The translations under genes and the position numbers were made by a program. From IMG/VR virus record IMGVR_UViG_3300045988_108148: DNA of 64,000 nt; one strand, 5' to 3'. The DNA comes from a virus. Each line of letters starts with the position of its first letter. Positions within the stretch are counted from its first letter, which is position 1. The notes under the pieces were generated by a model that worked only from the letters and a program-made list of their open reading frames with translations, was not told the origin of the DNA and made no database searches. Positions 47,201 to 55,347 of this stretch are shown piece by piece.

Positions 47201-49033
47201 TCTTTAGATGGATTAAAATTAGAGACTTCTAAAACCAGTGCTAATGCAAAAGGTTTATTTTTTAGAAACTTTGATAAAACTGGTTATATTGGTGGAATTG
47301 GAATGTTTTCTACTGGAAACGGATCTATATATAGAGCTTATAATGCTTATGTAGGATGGGATAATAGTCCTTGGGATAGTGCTAATAATCTTACTGTATC
47401 TAAAGATGCATTTACTTATAAGAATAATAAAATATGGCATGCTGGTAATGATGGTTCAGGTAGTGGTTTGGATGCTGATTTGTTAGATGGATACCATGCT
47501 GGATATAAAAATGGTGATCTTGCATTATATATTAATCTTCCAAAAATAACTGATTTAATAAGTCAGGGTTTATTAAGATCAGATTATGAGACAGTTGGCT
47601 ATCCGACAGAGGATTTTTTGATTGCATTATGTAAATGGGCAATAAACAATTATATTGGTGAAACTTCCCATGTATTGCTACAAGGAGAGATTACTCCTGC
47701 TGTCTCGGGGTGGTGTGTTTTGGGTCTTTATGCTAATGATGGAAAAGATAACGCAACAGGATTACCAAAATATTGTTCAGGTCAAGTAAACTTAATTAAT
47801 AAAAGCTCCATATTATTCGGTTCTTATAATGGAACCTGGTATTATAAAACATTAGTAGATACTTCTAATCTAGAAGATACTCTAGCATACTGGTATGAAA
47901 ATGATGAAAACAATTCATCCACAACATGTGCAACAGGTGGTAATAGAAATGTAATTGAATCATTAAGAAGTAAGTTTAAGAGATGCATCGCTATGCCTAG
48001 TGGTGATGATGCTGCATTAATTAGTTATTGTAATGAAGAGGATAGTTCTAAATGGCCAGATAGTACAAACATTACAATTATGAACAACCATCAAAATAGA
48101 ATGGTTTATTTTCCAAAATACTATCACAAAACTATAGAGAGAAGCCCTGGCATTTGGAGAACCTATATATCTGAACAGCAAATAGATAGTAATTACATTG
48201 AAGAACCTGAAATGTTATTAGCTTCATTTGAAGGAGCGATAAACATAGAAGGTATGTTGATAAGTACAGCTTCACAGACAAGTGCAGCTTCAAAAACAAT
48301 GGCTGAGTTTGTTACAGCAGCTAAAACACATGGATCTTTATGGGGTATTGGTGATTATAGATCTCATGCAACTATAGCTAGAATGTTTTGTGCTTACTAT
48401 AAGACTACTAACATTAGTACAAGTAATAGTGCTATTCCATGTTCTGGAGGTACTAAGAGATATGACTACGGTAAGACTGGTGGGACAATAGCTCTTGGTA
48501 ATAAAGACGGTAAAGCTGCAGTTGTAGAAGATACAGGATATTACTCAACTAACTTCTTAGGACTTGAAGACTGCTATTACAGTAAGTGGGAGTTTGTACA
48601 AGGAATAAACATTTTAAAAGGTAAATACGTTGTATATGACGGAGGTTCATTCCCAGATAAGGATGTAGCAGAGCTTGAAGCAGCAGGTGCTACTAATATC
48701 AGAGTTGTGGGATATGAACCTAATCCAGCTGCAACAGCAGCATATAATGGATGGACTAAAGCCGTAGCTCAAGGCAAATATGGTGATGTAGTTCCTACAG
48801 CACATGGTGGATCTGAAACTACTTACTATTCCGATTATAGCTGGTTTAATCCAACAGGAAATAGAATCTTTCTACGGTCGGGTCGTTCGGCTAATGGTTC
48901 TCGGTGCGGGGTCTTCGTGGCTAGTGCTGGTAATGCTTCCTCGCTGTCGTGGGCGAATCTCGGTGCAAGATTAGCCTTTTATGGTAAGATCGTTGTAGTT
49001 GATTCAGATACATTTAAGAAAATGCAGGCATAG
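44252..49033 (+). CDS. tail fibre protein, target of the DGR (variable C-terminal lectin-like domain)
   Basis: 1593 aa. It has an Ala/Glu/Arg repeat coiled coil (about 45240-45720) and fibre repeats of the form LSTNDYSNADKNKVDNL. The C-terminus reads GSRCGVFVASAGNASSLSWANLGARLAFYG and coincides with the VR. Confidence 0.85.
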   Translation: MIKNNVYYEWFASITVPNPDQVGYWVDLGADSKGRIIKVYNRDIEKWIVLFDVSKDDYVPPFIGSNGNWWVDNRDTGVKATAETPYIGENDHWFTYDPINKVYVDTGIEARGLSAYDIAVKLGFKGSEQDWIDSLSKASEDAAVAALDAANKANEAADKANQAVTDIEGIVDDAIAATDKAEEIASNPPKIVDNDWWIYDYDTKQYVNTGIAAIGDAFTYKKEYPSVEAMEADWGTADVKLGEYVLINTNNVEDPDDAKVYLKTQEGWKFIVDLSGMQGIQGWSAYELAVKHGFVGTEEEWVQSLKQPALDAAAEALEAKAQVEATEKAVKEAEALRVTAEQGRVNAENTRVSNENTRISNEDNRKAEESKRVTAENARIAAETSRKEAESSRVNAESDRVEAEGARAAAEQLRANSESERNTKEKERIANEAIRVASESERVTAETSRKEEEAKRVEAETARDTAEQERESNEATRQANEAIRETQEAAREKNTADAITAVNEAKTAAQQATTNATTAANNANTQAARAKEYADNPPKVGEDGYWYLWDEVDDVYVNTGWPSSGIILKGRLNSPEELGDIVDPQLSDSYIVGTDLYFWNGTEWVNMGRFQGPQGEPGKDAELSKAAIEAVLVGEVTTHTHDTRYYTKDQTDANIKVVADDLANNYYNKSQVDSKFTSVYIFKGSVDSVEDLPTEGNVIGDVWNVRKNDTNYAWTSEGWDALGGTAELSSLTANGLMSKEDFAKLQGIEAGAQVNKIETITKRVLLNVVDKNVTIPEDIAISPDEPTNNEIIWMDTDEDYDFTFDGYSKVDADARFVHQVEGKDLSTNDYSNADKNKVDNLNSYVTSGSFVQDANNAAITLNIKDPVTDNNSNQVLTINKATSTTAGVMSAADKTKLDGLSNYDDSTITQDITNIKANKLETIEVTGTGNVITTATKNGTKIAFAKGITAMTQDASDARYVKKAGDTMTGALNITAAGYNTEVSLDGLKLETSKTSANAKGLFFRNFDKTGYIGGIGMFSTGNGSIYRAYNAYVGWDNSPWDSANNLTVSKDAFTYKNNKIWHAGNDGSGSGLDADLLDGYHAGYKNGDLALYINLPKITDLISQGLLRSDYETVGYPTEDFLIALCKWAINNYIGETSHVLLQGEITPAVSGWCVLGLYANDGKDNATGLPKYCSGQVNLINKSSILFGSYNGTWYYKTLVDTSNLEDTLAYWYENDENNSSTTCATGGNRNVIESLRSKFKRCIAMPSGDDAALISYCNEEDSSKWPDSTNITIMNNHQNRMVYFPKYYHKTIERSPGIWRTYISEQQIDSNYIEEPEMLLASFEGAINIEGMLISTASQTSAASKTMAEFVTAAKTHGSLWGIGDYRSHATIARMFCAYYKTTNISTSNSAIPCSGGTKRYDYGKTGGTIALGNKDGKAAVVEDTGYYSTNFLGLEDCYYSKWEFVQGINILKGKYVVYDGGSFPDKDVAELEAAGATNIRVVGYEPNPAATAAYNGWTKAVAQGKYGDVVPTAHGGSETTYYSDYSWFNPTGNRIFLRSGRSANGSRCGVFVASAGNASSLSWANLGARLAFYGKIVVVDSDTFKKMQA
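48874..48968 (+). repeat. DGR variable repeat (VR)
   Basis: 71/95 identical to 49145-49239 at a fixed offset of 271 nt. 23 of the 24 mismatches lie at template adenines. The segment is locally A-poor and GC-rich. Confidence 0.9.
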
Positions 49034-49144
49034 TCCTGAGTAATATAGATAATTAAATATTAATAACAAGGGCGGGATCTAAAAGAATTACTATGAGATG
49101 ACTTTATAGTAAGACTGCTGTCACATTATTTCATACTTGAAAAA

Positions 49145-49239
49145 ACAGTCAGGTAATTCAGATAATGGTTCTCGATGCAGAGTCTTCATAGCTAATGCTA
49201 ATAATGCATCCTCGAATTCATAGACGAATATCAGTGAAA
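49145..49239 (+). repeat. DGR template repeat (TR), non-coding
   Basis: It contains 33 A, of which 23 are substituted in the VR. In the VR frame it has AAT at most diversified codons and an in-frame TAG (49221-49223). No ORF covers it. Confidence 0.9.
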
Positions 49240-49335
49240 TTTTGGAACTAACAGATACTTTCAGATAATTACAAAAATGTTTGTTGAACTTAGATCAGCC
49301 TTACCTCTAGGTAAAAGATAACAGGTGCTTTGAAG

Positions 49336-49365
49336 AGACCCTAGTAGTATTGTGCGAACGGGTCT
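49336..49365 (+). other. stem-loop in the TR-RT spacer
   Basis: AGACCC (49336-49341) pairs with GGGTCT (49360-49365) around an 18-nt loop. It may be part of the DGR RNA. Confidence 0.35.
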
Positions 49366-49382
49366 TACCACCAAAATAGCTT

Positions 49383-50423
49383 ATGAAAAGAATAGGCAAT
49401 TTATTTAACAGGATAATATCATATGAAAATCTGGTCCGGGCTGAAAAGAAGGCTAGGCTAGGTAAAACTAAAAGATACGGCGTTAAGAAATTTGACAGGA
49501 ATCCACATGAAAATCTGGTCCGGTTACAAAAGGCATTAATAGAAGATACTTATCGTACTTCGGAATACTGCGTATATACAATCATCGCCGATCGTGGTAA
49601 CAAAGAAAGAGAAATATATAGGCTACCGTATTATCCAGACAGAATAGTCCATCATGCTATAATGAATGTTATAGAACCTTACCTTGTTAGTAGATTTACT
49701 GCAGATACCTTTAACTGTTTAAAAGGAAGAGGTATTCATTATGGAGTAAAGAGATTAAAAAGAGATTTAAAAGCTGATAAAGAAGGCACAAAATATTGTT
49801 TAAAATTAGATATTAAAAAGTTCTTTCCTTCTATAGATCAAGATGTGTTATATTCACAATTTGAAAAGGTATTTAAGGATAAGAAACTATTAAGATTATT
49901 ACATCATGTAGTTTATTCTACACCAAAAGGTTTTCCAATTGGAAATTACATATCTCAATTTGCAGCAAATTTGAATTTGACTTGGTTCGATAGGTGGATT
50001 AAACAAGTATTAAAAATAAAATATTATTACAGGTATTGTGATGATATTGTTATATTACACCCAGATAAAGATTACTTAAGATATTGCTTACAAGAGATTG
50101 AAAAATATCTAGCTGATAACTTGAAATTAAAAATAAAACGTAATTGGCAGATATTTCCTGTAGAAGTAAGAGGTATAGATTTTATTGGTTATGTATTTTA
50201 CCACGGTCATACTTTACTCAGGAAAGATATCAAAAAGAAGTTTATTCATAAATTAAGTTATAAAAGTAATAATAAGAGGCTAGCATCACTAGCAGCTTAT
50301 TGGGGATGGTGTAAATATGGAAGCTGTCATAATTTATGGTATCGCTTTACGAGATCTTATAATTTTAAAGATTATAGACAAAAATTATTAAGTGATGATG
50401 GAATTAAAAAAAGTACAGGGTGA
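49383..50423 (+). CDS. DGR reverse transcriptase
   Basis: 346 aa, with LDIKKFFPSI, the DGR-typical PIGNYISQ, the YxDD box RYCDDIVIL, and IDFIGY. Confidence 0.9.
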   Translation: MKRIGNLFNRIISYENLVRAEKKARLGKTKRYGVKKFDRNPHENLVRLQKALIEDTYRTSEYCVYTIIADRGNKEREIYRLPYYPDRIVHHAIMNVIEPYLVSRFTADTFNCLKGRGIHYGVKRLKRDLKADKEGTKYCLKLDIKKFFPSIDQDVLYSQFEKVFKDKKLLRLLHHVVYSTPKGFPIGNYISQFAANLNLTWFDRWIKQVLKIKYYYRYCDDIVILHPDKDYLRYCLQEIEKYLADNLKLKIKRNWQIFPVEVRGIDFIGYVFYHGHTLLRKDIKKKFIHKLSYKSNNKRLASLAAYWGWCKYGSCHNLWYRFTRSYNFKDYRQKLLSDDGIKKSTG

Positions 50424-50742
50424 TAATATACCTAAAGTAATAGAATACCTAGGAATGAATGAATGGGCAGTTAGATGGGATATTGAAGAAGTTAATTCTG
50501 AAGATATACATGGTTATGCTTATTATGAATTAAAATTCAATGAAGAACCAACCTACGATTCTTTTGTAAGTAAAATCATTAGAACAAAGTATAGTGCAGA
50601 TGAGGAAGCAGCATTAAAATCTAATATGGTTGAACAATTCATGAATGGAGAAATAATGCGTAGTCGTTTTGAAGAATGGCAAGCATTCCAAAATTGTAGA
50701 GACAATGCCAAATCTGTTGGTAGACAAATATTTAATATCTAA
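50395..50742 (+). CDS. small acidic protein downstream of the RT
   Basis: ORF track frame 50392..50742. The first ATG is at 50395, and the ORF overlaps the RT 3' end by 29 nt. It is Asp/Glu-rich, unlike Avd proteins. Confidence 0.6.
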   Translation: MMELKKVQGDNIPKVIEYLGMNEWAVRWDIEEVNSEDIHGYAYYELKFNEEPTYDSFVSKIIRTKYSADEEAALKSNMVEQFMNGEIMRSRFEEWQAFQNCRDNAKSVGRQIFNI

Positions 50743-50744
50743 TT

Positions 50745-52508
50745 ATGGTAATTAAAGTAAAAAATAATGGGGAATGGGTTAAGATACCATACCTGAGCTC
50801 GGATAACAATCCAATAATTCCAGAAGCTCCATTAGACGGTAAACAATATGCTAGACAAAGTGGTGAGTGGACAGTAGTCAACATACCAGAAGTAGATTTT
50901 ACTGAAATAAATAAAAAAATATCTCAAAACACTGCTGCTATTGCTGCTAATACTACAGCTATCCAAAGTAAAGTAGATAAGGTAGATGGATTTGGACTTA
51001 GTTCTAACGACTACACCTCTCAGGAGAAAACTAAGTTAGCAGGTTTAAGCAATTACACGTTGCCTACAGCTTCAGACACAGTTAAAGGTGGTATTAAAGT
51101 TGGTACAGGTTTAACCATGAATGGGGAAGTACTTAGTGCAACTGGTGGTGGTATGGCAGATTCAGTTGAATGGGATAATGTATTAAGTAAACCAGAATTT
51201 GCTACAGTTGCTACAAGTGGTGCATATAATGACTTAACTGGTAGACCAAGTTTAGCTACAGTTGCCACTTCTGGTAGTTATGCAGACCTTAGTAATAAAC
51301 CAACTATACCTACTGTGGATGTAACAAAGTCTTATGTAGATACACAATTAGCTACTAAAGCTAATGTAAGTAATGTATATACAAAAGCTGAAGTAGATAG
51401 TAAAGTTAGTAGTGTTTATAGAGTAAAAGGGTCTGTTGCTAGTTACGCTAACTTACCTACTGTGGATGTAACAATAGGCGATGTTTATAATGTTAATGAT
51501 ACTGGTGCAAACTATGTGGCTACATCTACTACACCAACATGGGATAAACTCAGTGAAACTGTAGATTTATCTGGTTATGCAACTACTGCTGCAATGAACT
51601 CAGCATTAGGTAACAAGGTTGATAAAGTATCAGGGAAATCCCTTAGTACAAATGATTATACTACAGCTGAAAAAAATAAGTTAGCTGGTATTGCAGCTAG
51701 TGCAAATAATTACAGTTTGCCTGCAGCTACTTCATCTGTGTTAGGAGGTGTTAAAACTAGTACTGGTATTACTAACTCATCTGGTACAATTAGTGTAACA
51801 TATGGTACTGCAGCTGGAACTGCTTGTCAAGGAAATGATTCGAGACTAAGTAATTCTCGTCCAGCATCTGATGTTAGTGCTTGGGCTAAAGCTAGTACAA
51901 AACCAACTTATGCTTGGACTGAAATTACAAGTAAACCTAGCTGGATTGGTTCATCTAAGCCCACCTATACAGCATCTGAAGTTGGTGCGTTAGCTAGTGG
52001 AGGTACTGCAGTAAATGCATCGAAAGTTGCCAATTCATTTATATTTAAAGTAGCAGGAGGAAGTACAGAAGGTACAAATTTGTATACCTTTAATGGATCT
52101 GCAGCTAAAACAATTAATGTAGTAGCTGGTAGTAATGTAACCCTTACTCCTACTGCAGGACAATTAAGTATATCTGCTAAAGATACCACATATGCAGTTG
52201 CTACCACATCCGCTAACGGTCTAATGAGTTCTGCAATGGTAACCAAATTAAATGGTGTAGCCACTAATGCTAATAATTATTCATTACCAACAGCAACCAG
52301 TTCTGTATTGGGTGGAGTAAAAACTGGAAGTAACATTACAAATTCTTCTGGAACTATTTCTTTAAGCAGTGGTAATGTAACTAGCGCACTAGGCTACACA
52401 CCTGTTAAAAATGAATCTGGTGTAGCAAGCATTAGGGTTATGACTCAATCTGCATATGATGCATTATCAAGTAAATCAGCAACAACGTTATATATAATTA
52501 CAGGTTAA
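50745..52508 (+). CDS. tail fibre protein with internal repeats
   Basis: 587 aa. The motif (S/T)xNDYTxxEKxKLAG recurs. Two near-identical blocks are present: NNYSLPAATSSVLGGVKTSTGITNSSGTIS and NNYSLPTATSSVLGGVKTGSNITNSSGTIS. Confidence 0.8.
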   Translation: MVIKVKNNGEWVKIPYLSSDNNPIIPEAPLDGKQYARQSGEWTVVNIPEVDFTEINKKISQNTAAIAANTTAIQSKVDKVDGFGLSSNDYTSQEKTKLAGLSNYTLPTASDTVKGGIKVGTGLTMNGEVLSATGGGMADSVEWDNVLSKPEFATVATSGAYNDLTGRPSLATVATSGSYADLSNKPTIPTVDVTKSYVDTQLATKANVSNVYTKAEVDSKVSSVYRVKGSVASYANLPTVDVTIGDVYNVNDTGANYVATSTTPTWDKLSETVDLSGYATTAAMNSALGNKVDKVSGKSLSTNDYTTAEKNKLAGIAASANNYSLPAATSSVLGGVKTSTGITNSSGTISVTYGTAAGTACQGNDSRLSNSRPASDVSAWAKASTKPTYAWTEITSKPSWIGSSKPTYTASEVGALASGGTAVNASKVANSFIFKVAGGSTEGTNLYTFNGSAAKTINVVAGSNVTLTPTAGQLSISAKDTTYAVATTSANGLMSSAMVTKLNGVATNANNYSLPTATSSVLGGVKTGSNITNSSGTISLSSGNVTSALGYTPVKNESGVASIRVMTQSAYDALSSKSATTLYIITG

Positions 52509-52509
52509 T

Positions 52510-53187
52510 ATGATAAAGTTAGGAAGTACAGATATAACAAATGTAATGTTGGGAACAACTAAGGTGGACGCAATATTTCTTGGCAATACGAAAGTGTATC
52601 CAAATCCACCTGTAGTAGAAGGAGTATATGTATATCACGTGGATAAGAAATTTTATACTTTTCCTGAATTTCAAAAATTATCCAATACTGCTATATCACA
52701 AGTTCTTGGATTTGCTATTATAGATAATCAAGGTTCGTTTTTATTGCCACCTAGAGTAAATCTATCTAATGGCTACAGGTGGTGTCCTGAAAATTTTGAT
52801 ACTTTCCTAGTACCAGATGTTGGAATTGGTGTTGATGATATTAATGGTAGACAAAATACAGAAATAATGCACGATACCTTTCAAAATGTTGCTGGATCAA
52901 ATGAGTATGCTGCTGGATATGCATATCGTTTTACTCCTGTACCGATTGGTACTAATTGGTATTTACCATCTATTGGTGAACTTATTATAATTTACATGTA
53001 TATGTCAGAATTGAATGATTGGGTATTTGATACATTTGGCTTTTCTTATTTTGGTTATAAAGCTCTTTGGTCTTCCACACAACAAGATGCTACTACAGCT
53101 TGGCAATTAGATATTTCTGGTAGTGCATACAATACAGTAGCAAAGAGAACCCTCAACGCAGCACTCCCAGTAATTAAATTAGGTTAA
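52510..53187 (+). CDS. DUF1566-like (Lcl C-terminal-type) putative carbohydrate-binding protein
   Basis: 225 aa. NWYLPSIGELIIIYMY...ALWSSTQQDATTAWQLD...RTLNAALPVIKL matches the W-LPS--EL / WSST / AW pattern I associate with DUF1566. Confidence 0.6.
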   Translation: MIKLGSTDITNVMLGTTKVDAIFLGNTKVYPNPPVVEGVYVYHVDKKFYTFPEFQKLSNTAISQVLGFAIIDNQGSFLLPPRVNLSNGYRWCPENFDTFLVPDVGIGVDDINGRQNTEIMHDTFQNVAGSNEYAAGYAYRFTPVPIGTNWYLPSIGELIIIYMYMSELNDWVFDTFGFSYFGYKALWSSTQQDATTAWQLDISGSAYNTVAKRTLNAALPVIKLG

Positions 53188-53282
53188 CAATAACCGCTAT
53201 TACTTAGGATAGTGTCAATTTGTAAATAAAGAACTTTTAAACCTTATTGACGTTTACTAAATAAACTGTCAAAAGATATCAG

Positions 53283-53321
53283 AACGCTAGCTAATCTTGT
53301 ATTGGTTAGCGTTTTGTTTTT
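53283..53321 (+). terminator. intrinsic terminator
   Basis: AACGCTA (53283-53289) pairs with TAGCGTT (53307-53313), followed by TTGTTTTT. It overlaps the TTG-initiated start given in the ORF track for the next gene. Confidence 0.65.
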
Positions 53322-53347
53322 CAATCATCCTCTTTCAAATTGTTGTA

Positions 53348-53893
53348 ATGTTACAAAGACTAAATAATATTATATTAACGGCTCAAAGTGTAGCTACAGT
53401 GAATTACTTTAAAGAATTAGTTAATGATGGACCAATTAAATTTATTGCCTGTTTACTTTCTGGCATAATGGGTTGGTTATCTACATTCTTTGCTCCCATA
53501 TATGCAGTAATAATTGTAGTATGTGTATTTATATTATTAGACGCAATTCTTGGTACGAAGGTATCAATTACTCATGGTGGTAAGTTTGAGTCTAGAAGAT
53601 TGTGGTCTACTTTAAAGAAATTCGGAAATTGTGCAATGATAATTTCTTGTTGTCATCTTATGGACACGGAGATATTAAAGTCGATAGACATGCATTTGGT
53701 AGAAGGATTTTCAGGAATTGTTTGTGGAGTTGAGTTGTGGTCAATGATCGAAAATCTCCAAGCAATTGACCCCACTGGACCATGGAAGATCTTCAGTAAG
53801 TTCATACGGAGCAAAGGAGAAAAGTATTTGGATATTACAATAGAAAAAGATGATTTACCAAAGATAAAGAAACTTGTAAAAAAGATAAAATGA
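53348..53893 (+). CDS. holin-like multi-pass membrane protein
   Basis: ORF track frame 53297..53893, trimmed to the ATG past the terminator (MLQRLNN...). It has 3-4 hydrophobic helices and a DAILGTKV motif as in phage holin family 4. Confidence 0.6.
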   Translation: MLQRLNNIILTAQSVATVNYFKELVNDGPIKFIACLLSGIMGWLSTFFAPIYAVIIVVCVFILLDAILGTKVSITHGGKFESRRLWSTLKKFGNCAMIISCCHLMDTEILKSIDMHLVEGFSGIVCGVELWSMIENLQAIDPTGPWKIFSKFIRSKGEKYLDITIEKDDLPKIKKLVKKIK

Positions 53894-54498
53894 TATTTTC
53901 CAAAGTAAAGATAGCTATTGCTGTTATTTTTAGTTTACTATTGTTTAATAATGTCAGACTTGCTAAGAAAGTAAATGACTTAGATAAACAAGTAGGAATT
54001 GCAATGAATAATGCTCAAGTGTGGGCAGATATTGCAAATCAAAATAGAAATGAGGCAAGATTATTGGAATTAACAGTAAATGATTTTAAAAATTCTAATG
54101 ACAGTCTAATAAAGGTCGCCAGGGATCAACAGAAGAAGCTAAATATCAAAGATAAGCAACTACGTCAAGTAGCATCCACTGAGACCGTAATTAGAGATAC
54201 CACAGTAAGAATAATCCCTTCAAAAGAAAAGGATTTCTGTGTAGAGCTAAAACCAAATCAATTGACAACCATCACGGTGGCTAGAAAAGATAGCGTGTTC
54301 ACACATACTATGGAAATACTAAATCATCAAGATTTATTTGTATACGAAGATAAAGTCTATAGAAGACGTTATAAGAATTGGTTTCAAAGATTAATTCACT
54401 TCGATTTTAAAAAAGATAAAATCAGTAAATATCAAATTATAAACTCTAATGATTTAATTCAAGTATTAGATACTAGAGTAATACATATATCAGAATAA
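53890..54498 (+). CDS. N-terminally anchored coiled-coil protein (spanin-like lysis accessory candidate)
   Basis: 202 aa. Has a transmembrane helix IAIAVIFSLLLF followed by a coiled coil. Its start overlaps the holin stop. Confidence 0.5.
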   Translation: MIFSKVKIAIAVIFSLLLFNNVRLAKKVNDLDKQVGIAMNNAQVWADIANQNRNEARLLELTVNDFKNSNDSLIKVARDQQKKLNIKDKQLRQVASTETVIRDTTVRIIPSKEKDFCVELKPNQLTTITVARKDSVFTHTMEILNHQDLFVYEDKVYRRRYKNWFQRLIHFDFKKDKISKYQIINSNDLIQVLDTRVIHISE

Positions 54499-54545
54499 TT
54501 GCAATACATTTCAATTTAGTGTTAATCAATAAATAAATTGAAACT

Positions 54546-55307
54546 ATGCATTTGAACAAATTATTAGAACAAATTAAACGCCATCAATCCCCTACAGAAG
54601 CTATAGATAAGTTGGCAACAGCTTTAGAGAAGCATGAAGGTAGCCTGTTGGAGAAAGGCTTCACTATTTTAAAGTCAGAATTGGCTGCAAATATGTATGA
54701 AGCTATAAATGGCCCTCATTTTGATGAGGAACATGCTCATTACGCAGTAGAGGGTATGGAAAATGAGGATGGTACAAAAGGACCTCACTGGACGGTTGAA
54801 GAGACAACGTCCGTTGCCAATCAAATGGGCATAAACTTAAAATCAGAGAAACATAACAAGTGGGACTGGTTTGTTGCTATGAATATGATATATTCAGACT
54901 TTTATAAAGCAGTAGTAGCAATGACTGGTAGCGCAAATACCAAATATTTCGCAGAATTAGCTAAAGCTTGGCTTTGTGACAAAGACATTTCAGAAGGCAA
55001 GATGTGGCACTACTATGTGTACATTATGTGTGACGACGAAGAAAACGATTATAAAGCATACGAACGTATGCACAGAGATCGTGAAGAAGAATATGGTCGT
55101 TATGCAAGACGTTCTGGTAGAATGGAATACGCAAATAAAGAAAACGATTACCGATATCCTTACTCTAAATATTATGACGAGTATGAAAGACCTGGTCGTA
55201 ATAGATATTATGAGTTAGATTATGATCGTGAAGATCGTGAAAAAGAAATGCGTGACCGTGATAAAGAATCCAGAGATAGACGTAACACATCTGTTAGATA
55301 TTTCTAA
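54546..55307 (+). CDS. hypothetical protein with an Arg/Asp/Glu/Tyr-rich tail
   Basis: ORF track, 253 aa. Confidence 0.7.
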   Translation: MHLNKLLEQIKRHQSPTEAIDKLATALEKHEGSLLEKGFTILKSELAANMYEAINGPHFDEEHAHYAVEGMENEDGTKGPHWTVEETTSVANQMGINLKSEKHNKWDWFVAMNMIYSDFYKAVVAMTGSANTKYFAELAKAWLCDKDISEGKMWHYYVYIMCDDEENDYKAYERMHRDREEEYGRYARRSGRMEYANKENDYRYPYSKYYDEYERPGRNRYYELDYDREDREKEMRDRDKESRDRRNTSVRYF

Positions 55308-55347
55308 TTATCAAATTATATATAAATCAATTAAATTATAAATCATT

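Larger units (their letters stand above)
48874..50423 (+). mobile_element. diversity-generating retroelement cassette (VR - TR - RT)
   Basis: The VR is inside the fibre gene, the non-coding TR is 111 nt after its stop, and the RT starts 143 nt after the TR. Confidence 0.9.

Noticed and set aside
50395-50742. The small ORF after the RT as the DGR accessory protein Avd.
   Set aside because: Its composition is acidic (many D/E), whereas Avd proteins are basic. It resembles small fibre-associated proteins. This is a composition argument only, so it is also flagged in the findings for an HMM check.
50745-52508. CRISPR-like or tandem DNA repeats, suggested by recurring ~90-nt blocks.
   Set aside because: The repeats are in-frame protein repeats within a fibre gene. 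There is no repeat-spacer architecture anywhere in the window.
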